A stretch of 62,920 nucleotides of DNA, the filler included, from Kipferlia bialata (lineage: Eukaryota), in the NCBI GenBank assembly GCA_003568945.1. It is 2 parts of 2 records of this genome, joined end to end, with 100 filler letters (N's around TTAATTAATTAA, not from the genome) between each part and the next. Parts side by side here need not be neighbours in the genome. Positions count along the whole stretch, not along the records: positions 1 to 31,456 come from BDIP01000107.1; 1 more part is not named here. One strand, given 5' to 3'. Of the stretch, positions 1 through 11,300 are shown piece by piece (positions within the stretch are counted from its first letter, which is position 1; every line of letters begins with the position of its first letter). A program made the position numbers and the translations under genes. Under the pieces are notes generated by a model. That model did no database searches. It was not told the origin of the DNA and saw only the letters and a program-made list of their open reading frames with translations.

Positions 1-102
1 GAGCGCCCCCCCCCCCCCCCCCACCCCCCCCCCCCCCCCCCCCCCCCTCCCCTTCAATACCCCATACCTATCCACTCACACACTATCTCTCTCTCTCTCC
101 AG

Positions 103-254
103 CCTGACACGTGGCTTGGTCTCACCCGTAGGCTCCACGACTACTTTACCGACACTGACGCTGATGAGAAGGGGGTTCAGTTGAAGCCTGTCGTGATTGT
201 CATGGAGATGTGTGAAGGTATCCCTCACAATTATATTCTGCCCTTTCTTGTTAT

Positions 255-285
<31 letters not shown>

Positions 286-2515
286 CCCCAACTCTTCATG
301 TAAATTCCCGTCCATATCGGCATGGAACTCCTTTCTTTCTTTCTTTCGATGGAACTCCCTCTCTGCCTCCCTATACACTGTCTCAAAGTGTCCCACCCCA
401 GGTACCAGTCTGCAGGAGTACTCCAGCAGAAGGGACGAGGGTAGGGTGGACTCGCAGGGCTACCCTCTCCCCTACCCCCCTACCGGCATGCCACACCTCT
501 ACCCCGGGGTGGCACTTAAGGGGCTGCTCAAGATGACTGAGGAGGTAATGAGCAACTCCTTTACTTCTCTCTCACATTGACCCAAGACATAGTTGCATAT
601 ATATATATATATATATATCAATAATTAATATGTACTATCATATGCATATGATAATATATATGTTTTGCTATATATACTATTTACTGACCCTAGATACTGC
701 TGGGTCTGCAGTTCCTGCATGAGAGGAATGTGATACACAGGGACCTCAAGGTGAGTACATATCTATATATATATATATACATAGGTATAAATACAGATTG
801 TATTATTATATACACAGTAACCTCAAGCTGTGTACTACATGTACATGGGTTATGATTGTACTCATTTGGGTATATTTACTTGGATATCATTCTGCCTGGT
901 GACAGGGAACCTGTGCAATATATGATATACACAAAGGTATCAACAAACAGGGGGCGCACCTCATTGCTACATGTACCTTCGGGTCACTCCCTCCCCTCCC
1001 TACATATATATCCGTTCTCTTTAGTGTTCCCATTCCCTGTCACTAGGGTGACCCCCAGTTCAATTGACTCTTTATGGATGTATGTTATACTAACACCCAG
1101 CCCGAGAACATCATGATCCGGTATGATGATGACGATGTACCACACTGCACTGTGGTGGACCTGGGTCTGAGCAGGGTGGACGAGGGGCAGGTATATTTGT
1201 GTATATGTATTCATGTTTCTGTGGTCCCACCACCATACATAAATCATTCTATCCTACTCTTACCCCAAGGATGTTCAGAAGACTGAGGACACTGGCACCA
1301 TTTTATACAGGGCCCCTGAGGTAGGTGTTACTCGTGCTGCTTATGGCAGTGTATATATATGTGTATGTACCATCTACCGGATGTAGTCTGTTTGGTACAT
1401 ATATATATATATATATATGTCCCTGACCTCCAGCAGTTCAGTACCCTCCGTACTCAGTACGGGACAGCAGTGGATGTGTGGGCCCTGGGTATCACCCTCT
1501 CTCAGGTAGAGTCAGAGACATTCTCTTTACCGAGTCCAACGTGTCTTGGATACTAGTGTCTTACCCCAGATTGTCAGTCATGAGTGTGTCCTACACGATC
1601 CCCAGTCGATACCTGACCTGACATTCACACTGGAGCAGAAGAGAGTCAGGTGGTATTCTTGTCACAATCGAGTACAATGTGATGTATACTGTATATCAAG
1701 ATCTGTATCATGTCTCACCTAACCCAGGCGTCTCCTACCTGGGGAGTCAGGTGTCCCTGGGTATGACGAGCTGGTCAACAGTATGCTGGAGGTATACGCC
1801 TTTCTTGTGGCTATACTCGATATTGTTGTATGCATCATAGGATGTCTTTTTGTGTCTCTGACCCCAGTATGACCCTACCCTCCGCCCCACCTGCACCCAG
1901 CTGCTGACTGATGTACATGCACTCATGGCACAAGGGAAGCAGGGACGGACCACACCCACTCTCACTCCCCCCGCCCTCCCTACTCTCGTCCCTGCCCCTG
2001 CTCCACCCCTAGGGGTCCCCCTCCAGAAGTCATACATGGTGGCATATGGTGTGTTCACAAGTGCTGGGAACCTGCCTGTGGTAGAGGCCCTGCTGCACGG
2101 CAAGGAGCATGGGAGTGGCCCGATAGCAGTCATCACCAGGAAGGAGGGTGCTCTCAAGCATGCTGCCACAGGTAGTGTGGAGGTACCTCTCACCCAGAGT
2201 GGGCCAGCCCTTGGTAGGGCCCTGGAGAGTGGTGTATGCATGAGCTCCATGCAGGCCATAGTTGTGTACAAGACCAAGCTGAAGACCCTGTCCAAGGCCA
2301 TGGGTAGAGACCTCACCCAGTCTCTGACCGACGTGTATTGGGGGATGTGGGAGGGCAAGGCTACGTACCAACAGATCGATGACATACCAGTGGTGGTGTA
2401 TGGTACCGTCGACCCTAGTGAGAGGAAGACATATGTCACACTTATCAGGGCATGTCGTAAGACCGCCCTCACCGCAGTGGGGAAGAGGATCGACGCAGCA
2501 GCGGAGGAGAGATGA
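103..2515 (+). CDS. Ser/Thr protein kinase (DLG-type) with C-terminal domain of unknown function; 5'-partial, at least 9 exons
   Basis: Hand-spliced GT-AG exons: 103-217 (IVMEMCEG), 402-544, 694-750 (FLHERNVIHRDLK), 1101-1190 (PENIMI...VVDLGLSR), 1270-1320 (GTILYRAPE), ~1434-1505 (YGTAVDVWALG), 1570-1649, 1728-1791 (ELVNSMLE) and 1868-2515 (YDPTLRPTC, then a P-rich linker and a ~160 aa domain). Subdomains V-XI are in order and in frame. The N-lobe lies upstream of the window. Confidence 0.9.
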
Positions 2516-2670
2516 ACGTGTCACTTGACAGTTTCGTATTGAGTATGTGTACAGTAGAATGTAGAATTATATGCCTGATCGTGTATGTGTATATTGTCTT
2601 TGCAAACCTTGCATTTAGAGTCCCCCACACATACATACCACCTCTATCCTAATGCACTCAGTCCTTACCC

Positions 2671-5600
2671 CTAAGAATTGCTATGTACCACTACCTTGGG
2701 AAGTATGTACTCCCTCTTCAGCCTATCTGCAAGACTCTCAGCTGCATCAGCAACATCCTCACAGGGACCAAAGCCAGCCGCCTCGAATGGGTTAAACCCA
2801 GACGGCGAAGCGGCGTTCGCCATAGCAGTGATTCTGAAGGTAAGTTGTAGTCAGCATGTTGGAATATACAGAATAGTGATGTTAGAAGTCATATATGGGG
2901 ACTATATTTACACATACCCGTCATCAACCAGCGACGGAAACAGGGGGACAGATGTGTAGGACACTCCTAGTAGCTGGGTGTTGGCTGCAATGATGTCCTG
3001 TTATGAATCAGTCAGTAGGTGGAAGCAATATACACACTATATATAGCACAGAACACCCCCGATAAGCACTCCTCTTGTTGACTATTATAGGATGCCTCAT
3101 CATACCAGATACTCATGACGACAGATACAGTAGACATTCGATACCTGTACGACACTGTCCAGCCCCGGTATCACTAGGCTGTTTTCTTCCAACTTTAGGT
3201 ACCTCACTGAAGTGAACACGGAAATCTACAATAACTAAAACATACTTCTCAGTGTTAACATAGGTGTCTCGTATTCACAGAGTCGTAATTCTGTTTATTC
3301 TATGTCTATATGTATATATATATCACGAATAGACCTACCGTTAGGACAGCAGTCTAGCAGTGTGAGCAGCCTCCCATCTGCTAGCCCACCAGTAGTAATA
3401 CCATTCCCCCTCAGGTCTATGGTCTCAATGTGGCGGAACACTCCTTCCTACAGTCAAAACCTCGATTGCTGGGTGCTAAATATCAATAGATAGTTACCTT
3501 CTCCCTTCTGAGTGTGTCCATGTATGCCACCATATCACAGAATCCCTCCATCCTCAAGGGTTTGTCCAGTCTTCGTAGGCTAAGAGTGCTGCTGGAGTCC
3601 TGGTATACATAGAGATCAGAGTCTTCGTCGTCGCTGTACGGCTCTACCCGAGCCTCTATCTCAAGCACCCTCTCATAGACTCTCTTGCACTCTTCAACTC
3701 GTGACTGCCACGTCTGGACGTCTGACTCAGGTTGGTCCCCATTTCGTAAGGCGCTGAAGGTGATGAGACTCGCTCTTTAATATAGTAACCATGAAGATTA
3801 ACGTCCCACAGCTAGCATGTGTCGTACCATATGTGTGGGCAACTACCAATGTTGGTTCCCGGAAACAAGGAGTAGCGATTATCCAAGTTCTGGATATCCC
3901 GATCCAGGCGACCAAGATGATCTATGCACTAGGATCAGACTTGACAACCGACATAGAGTATACACAGCCAGCGATTACAGATAAGACCAAGTATAATTAT
4001 AGACATCATACACATTTGGGCCTCACCATCTGTCTTCTGCCCTCTTCTGTGCACCGGAGTACATCCTCCAGGGAGGGGGGACCCGGGGGCAGTACCTCGA
4101 TCATGCCCTCCAGGGTGAGTACAATATCCCTCGTGGGTTCTAGGCTGACAATCCTGGCTGTCCAGTAATCCCACTCGGCCTCTGAATTGTCTACACGGGA
4201 ACCATCAGTCGTGTCTGGAGAGAAGAGGTATCCATTGGCTACTACATGTGGACTATGCTCTCCTGTCAGGTATAGGTACTCGGAGTCAAGTGCCGCTATT
4301 CTGCTGTTGAGCCTTTCCATGTCGTCTCTTTCCTAGTGGATGAGACAGAGCTGTGAAAACATCACACACATTCAGAGGTGACCACATCACGAATACTTCC
4401 AGTTGAGTACAGAAGGACCTGCTCACATCACTATAGAGGAACTTATGGAGATGATACAGGGTACCCATACCAGCTGAGTCTTGATCTCCCTGATCCGCTC
4501 CAACAACTCCACACAGGTTGGTCTTTGCGATGGGTCCATCTAGTATGAGATAGAGAGTAGTATGATGCGCACACAGTCACATACATGTCTGGAATCATCA
4601 CTCTCTATAACCGGATTTCTCACCTGAAGCATTGAGTTGATCATGTCAGCTACACCTGCTGTATCGCAGAAGTCCTCTGTTACGATACTGAAATGAGAGG
4701 CATGAACCATGGCAGAAACTATGGCAGACAATGGACCTAGTTCCTCTGTAGATGACGTACAATAGTGTTTCAATAACATTACTACTCTCTTACTCGGTGG
4801 TAACTAGCACACCATATTAACTCACTCACCCACAAGGTTCTTGGAGTTTCGTTCTCAACTCACTCCTACTCACACCCGCAAACACCCAGTCCTTCATCAG
4901 CATCTGGACGTTAGACAAACGTCTTTTGGTGACTCTTGCCTGTGGCAAGTTGCCTCAGTAGGGATACTGTTCTATATGTATCATAGCGAGAGTAGAGAAA
5001 GACAAGGGAATGGGAGGTAGAAAGATGTACTCTACCTGCGAGAACACGAGTCCCAGTGCCCACACGTCACTAGGGTACCCGTAGGATGGGGGCAGGTCCC
5101 AGCACTGGGGGTAAGAGATGTATATACACACACATATATATATGAATATCTATATGTGTACAATGGATGATTCCATGATCAAGTACCCGTCAGAACCCTT
5201 GCTAAGGACTGCCGAAAATAGTGAACCAATATACTTAGAGTGATATGAAAATGTTATCCTACCTCAGGCGCGTTGTAGAGGATGCAACCAGGCACACTCT
5301 CCCCACAGAGGGACTGAAAAGGGTCCTGGCAGTTATACACAGTATCGCTAAAGATAAATGAATGAGAAGAGCGGACTTGAAGAGTACATACACTGTGTCG
5401 TAGAGGCCTCTCCTCGTCAACCTGTCCCGTCTCCTCCCCCTCTACTGTACGTGCTAGGCCTAGGTCTAGAAGGGTCACGTGGACAGGCTGCTCTGGCCGG
5501 CGGAATCCCTCCCCGACCTAGTATCAGCAACAGTACAAAGAGCATGAGTCCTATGCAATGTTACGCGTTGTGCATCTGCTTCGACGCCACACAGGGTCAG

Positions 5601-7395
5601 GTAATATCATATATACTCATACATATATGTTATAATATGTATACAATATTGCTATTGAAAAGAAACTCACCCTTGCCTCCACCTGGTCCTTGGTCTGTCG
5701 GACAGGGGTGGTCATGATGTTGTCTGGCTGACATGTTAGAGTAAGAGAGTGGTATATACATATATATATATATGTAGTGGGTATAAAAATACATAGTTAC
5801 ATGTGTGGTCATGATGTTGTGTCGCTGAATGAGGGAGGTGGAAGAGAGAGAAGGAACAGAAAGGTATAGAACTGGTATTCACATTGCGTATTGTGTACTA
5901 TATATACACATAATTATGTACAGGTACACGTCTTGCCTTGATATCTCTGTGTATGATTGACGCATTGTGCAGGTCGGAGAGAGCCCGTACAGCCTAAGAG
6001 TTAGACAAAGACCACACTATAATTGGTATGCACAATATTGCACGGTGTATACATATATATGTATGGCAGTGCACTCATACCTGTTCCATGATGGGTAGGG
6101 TGTGTGGTATCTGTACCACTGGGGTGTCTCTGTTGGTGTGTCTCTGAATCAGTCCCTCCAGAGTGTCGCCTGGGTGATTAGTGATAGGGCACAAGATATA
6201 TTATACATGTATGAGTATACAAACACTATATACATACATGTCAAAGAGAACACTTTTGGAACTACATCTCAGAGAGACATGGACATATCACAACCACGCA
6301 ACTGCATTGGGTGTACTGTGAACTATGTACCTGACTAATACATGTTTCTATATATACACACATATCTACCCACCCTCTATGAAGTGCATCACAAGCACCA
6401 GCCATCCTGTGAATGGATTGCGTGTCCCATGAGTTGTACTCTTGTGCCACAGGGCATCGGAGTACCTGAGGGGAGACTCAGTTCATGTTTTTATGTACAT
6501 ATGTGTGTGCGCATGTATATGTACACAATGCTCAGCAGGTTGAGTTAGAAGACAATTCAGTACAGACACCCGCTAACACAGAAGAGAGAGTCTTACCTTG
6601 CAGTGTCTGTGTTGACAAACGCCTCAACTGACCTGGGAGTGAGACAGGGAGAGAGGGGGGAGAGTCAGTGGGAGAGAGAGAGAGAGAGAGAAGAACAGGT
6701 CGGGGAAACGGTGAGAGAGAGATATTGAGAGTGTGAGCGTAGGTGTAGGGTTGATACTGGGGGTAAAGGGATATGTATATATATATGTTAGATCTGTTGG
6801 CAGAGACATGCATGCAACCTCACCCTACGACAAATGCAGATGAGTTATGGTAGTCTAGGTGGGCCATTTCTCTCTTCAATTGCTTCTGAGTATCTCCCTG
6901 TATGTGAGTAGGGTTTGATGGGCATCATACATCTGCTGTATATATAAGGAGTATGGATAAGGAGATAGAGCCATGGTTGGGGGGGGGGAGGAGGTTGCTA
7001 GGTATTACTTCGACAGAACCATACCTTCTTATTCGGGGTCTACCAACTTGCATGCGTATGTGTGACCCTCTCTCTCTGCCTGTGGGGTGGGAAGGGGGGG
7101 GTAGAGTGTGACCTTGCCATATATATGCAAGAGCTCTGAGCATACCTTAACGACAACCCCAAACGACCCCTCCCCTAGGACACTGTTGACAGTGTATCGC
7201 TCACTTCATGACCTCTTACTATGATTAGAGTCAAGGGCAGGCAGATACAGTTGAACAATAGTCATAAACATAATCATGTATACTACTTATATATAGAGAG
7301 AGAGAGATGAACCGCCTCTTACATCCACCTACCTCAGTGCAGACAGGTCCAGACCCTCTGTGGATACATTCAGGCCCAGGGTACTGGCATTGGTG
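2671..7395 (-). pseudogene. Kinase-repeat-LRR gene, paralog of 8316-14252, with two apparent N-lobe lesions (probable pseudogene, or assembly errors)
   Basis: Spliced exons give LGEGSFGVVVK, AEREGHTYACK, KQLKRE, LVMHFIEG, IHRDIK|PDNIM, DLGLAR, GCILYNAPE, PSDVWALG and MDPSQRPTC, then two HL..L...I..LD..Y..L.G..PH repeats and RNI-like LRRs (IDLRGNGITTGG; LKLEENSL), with stop TAG at 2673-2671. There is an in-frame TGA at 7208-7206 and an extra base in GGGG at 7035-7038 relative to the paralog. The 5' end is uncertain (possibly to the ATG at 7979). Confidence 0.7.
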
Positions 7396-8315
7396 CTAGG
7401 GGTGAGTCCTCAGCCTATATATACATGTACATAGTACATAATACATATGTATACTTGCACATACAGTTATGTGCTAGGTATATACCTCGACTGATAATAA
7501 GAAAGATACGACGCATCCGACGACCAGGTAACCATTAGACGATGGTAGAGGTCCAAAGAGAGAACACTGGCTAGTTGACTGGTTCACGGCGTTGAATCAG
7601 GGTGTAGAGGTGTAAAAAGGAGTGCAAGGTGATCCGTTTCTCCAGGTGTTTCTACTGTCTACAAAGAGTGTACTATTCACTGTGTCCTGCATTGACACCC
7701 ATCTCTGAGGCGAGCAGTACTTACAGGGGATGGTTTGGGGGGGAGAGACAGGGCATGGCCTGGACATCAGTGGACTGGGGTGGGTGGCTCTGTGATGTAT
7801 ACTTGACATGTTGTATACTTTACATATACTGGGCATACATATAGGTGATAAGCAGGTGTTTGGCATCTGTATATGTACCTTCTAACATTGGTGTGCTTAG
7901 ATGTCAGTCGGGTGACGTATATGAGGGTGGGGGGGGGGAGCTCCCGTGCAACTGAACCTACTCTCTCACTCTGTCTCATGTCATGATTACTTGATTGTCA
8001 TATACACGCGGGAGCTCTGCCGCTGCCTTAGTCTGCACTCAATCAAGTACCACCTCTTTCACTCGTGATACATCTAGCCTTGAGTGGATAGGCCATTGAT
8101 TACGCGCGTCTGAGACGGCGTCTCCTACAAACAGTCTATATACTCAGTGTCCCCTCTATAACCAGCCAGCAATAGCAACTGGGTTTTCAGGGTTGTATCT
8201 TCTGAACTATCCCCCCCCCCTCCTCCCCCCCCCAGAATCAAATATGTGTATTATCCACATCATTCATCAATCGTCTTTCTTATCCACTTTTCTTTCCTCC
8301 TCCTCTCACCCTCAG

Positions 8316-11300
8316 CCAAGCTTCGCTCATCCGCCACTTCCACATCACGGAGTATCTGGGTGAGGGCAGCTTTGGAATAGTGGTCAAGGTGGGTACAGCT
8401 ATATATGTGTGTTATTTTATATATGCACTGTATCAATGTGCTGCTTGGACATACATACAGAATATATATATATATATACACACGACAGGTTCGAGGAATA
8501 GTGGTCAAGGTGGGTACAGGTGTGTAGGTTTGTTGTGACTGTATCATGAACCGCCTGGATATGTGATGCATCCACAGGATAGATTCCAGATGTTGAATCA
8601 AGAGTGTACATCTCTCATTATAGAGCATACAAAGTGTGTATTTGCTACCAATATCCCCCCCCCAACCAACAGGCTGAGAGAGATGGACACCCATATGCCA
8701 TCAAGGTGGTACAGACAAGACACAAGGTCAGGGGGTATATAGACTGGGTGTGGGTGTGTGGGTGTCCTAATTGCACTGAAGATGAATGACTCACATACAC
8801 TCTCTCCATATACATCAAGAGATATCTTATGTGTCTACTTGTCAATGTGTCACTCCTAGAGTCTGATGTTAGGACAAGAACAGAGACTCCGCCATCAAGA
8901 AAAACATTGAGAGAGAGCTGACTGCCTTACAAGTCAGAGACAGAATAGGGTCACCATTCCTAGTCGGGTATTCTTACTCTGAGAGATAGAGGCTATATCC
9001 TAGTATATGTATTTATTTGCTCCCTATCCCGCCCTCTCTACTTTACTGACTCAGGTCAGTTGAGTCCGGATCCGTCTCTGATGGCAATAGGTGAGAGAAG
9101 AACGCTTTTCTCTCAGTGTTACTATGTGGCACCTGATCCCGCCTCCCACTCCTGACACACCTCCCGTCTCTACCTGTTTAGTATGGTAAGTCACTAACCC
9201 CCAGATCTGTCTCCCTTCGTGCCTTCATAAACAGTGACACACAGAGGTACGGCACACAAAGGTGGAAATGTGTTTATCTGTGGCGTATACTATTTATGGA
9301 TAGTGTAGAGTTTACTCATCTTCCACTATGCATTCATCTAGTCTATTGTATCAATGATGAGTATCCTCCGTTCACTCACATCCAGGTATGGGGGCACTGT
9401 GTGGGACAGACCGCCTAGCAAGGACTCCTTCGTCCCCCTCAACCCCTTCACAGGGTGTCTGGTCATTGTCATGGACTATCTGGAGGGTGTGGTGATATGC
9501 ACAGTACATTCATATACCTACAGTCTCATATTATGTCTATACATGGTAGTGCTGTCTATCTCGCTCACACCCATAGGCGACACCATCCAGACCCTGATCC
9601 AGACACACACACAGAAGGGAATGGCCATACCACACACACTGTCCATCATGGAGCAGGTACACACATACTCTCTCTCACACCATTGACGATGCCCGTCCAC
9701 TATATACGTATATCACATTGACACTGATTGATCTCATTAATCATGGGTGCAGGTATATGATAAGAAGATATTATGCTAGGCCGTATGATATGTTAGAGGA
9801 CGACAGGCACTAACCGATTCTCTCTTTTGTCTCCCTCCTTACTTCAGGCCATCCGGGGGCTGGCTGATTTGCATAGTGCTGACATTATTCACAGAGATAT
9901 CAAGGTCAGCCACTCCTTTACCTCTACAGACACACGTTTATCTCCACATGGGCGTTGGAATGGTGACCATTGCAACAATGGTCTCTTGATGTACACATTG
10001 TCGCTTTTACTCCTGTAGTGTCATTATCTTGCCATTTATCATCTCACCCCAGCCAGACAACATCATTGTCTACACCAACCCGACCAACCCTGAGAGACAA
10101 CAGTACTACACTGAGGTACTTGAGACTCGTCAAATGAGATAACTATCTCCCTAATGTGTGTTGTACCGCCCCACTCTAGGTTGGGGCCGAGATCCCCACC
10201 GACCCTTGTGTGACACGAGCCACATGGGTGGACTTAGGTACTGGCACAGTGAAACTGTATTTCTGAGAGTAGACTCAGCTCTTTAGTATTCCTAGGTCAT
10301 ACTATATCTAACTAACCTCAAAAGGCCTGGCACGCAAGGTACTGACGTCCTCTATGGGCAAGAGGGGTCTCCCCATCGACAAGGTGGCCATTGGCATCCG
10401 CCAGCTGATGCGCATGACCCAGAGGAGTGAGAGGGACTGTAGGTAGGGCGTCTCTCTAGTGTGTTATTGATGCATTGTATACCTAAGTATATCTGCTATA
10501 CACATATGTACATCACATGTCCTTACTAGACATATATATGTTTACATTAACCCCCCAGATATGTGTATGAGATGGCGGAGGGATGCCTGGAGGATGCAGC
10601 ACTGACCATGGTGCAGCTGTCACTGACTACCGACTGTGACACCCAGGTACTATATACACTCCACTCTACATTGTATATGCATACTCTCCACACCTCTTCT
10701 CCCAGATTGCACCTGATGATTGGGTGGCTAGCAGACGCTACGATGACAGTGACAGTGAGAGCACCACCGACGATGATGATGACAGTTGTACAGATGAGAC
10801 AACTGATGCAAGCAGCTATGCAAGTAGCGACGTCAGCAGCTCAGAGAGTGATGAGCTAACTCAGGAGGTAAGAAGTGTGATATACTTGGAATCGGTATAA
10901 ATTTCAATATCTAATATTGCTTTGTATTGATAGCAGGAGCAGGATGCTCCCACCTCTGTCTCAGTCCGGGATGACATGCTGACCCTTGGGATGGGTGAGA
11001 TGCAGGGAGCACCAGGGTGTGAGACATACAACGCCCCAGAGGTATGATATTGCTCTTAGCCTCATACTTCTTTTCTATTACTATTCTCCTCCCGATATTG
11101 TAGATGACATTCATATCTGGTACTCTGATGTGTTGACTTAATACATACTATGAATATTCCCACTAACACTGTAGTGTTTGCTAGTCGATCCGGAGAAGGG
11201 GTATGGCTTCCCGTCAGACGTCTGGGCTCTGGGTCTAGTTTTCTCTGAGGTACGTTGAGTTACCTTCTACTAATAGTCGTATGGTTACCTCTAGTGGTGA

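Noticed and set aside
7027..7040. In-frame TAA as evidence for the hexamitid TAR=Gln code
   Set aside because: TAA/TAG terminate several genes here (RNF213-like, Hydin, kelch), long ORFs lack in-frame TAR, and readthrough would not fix the exon phase. A 1 nt indel explains it.
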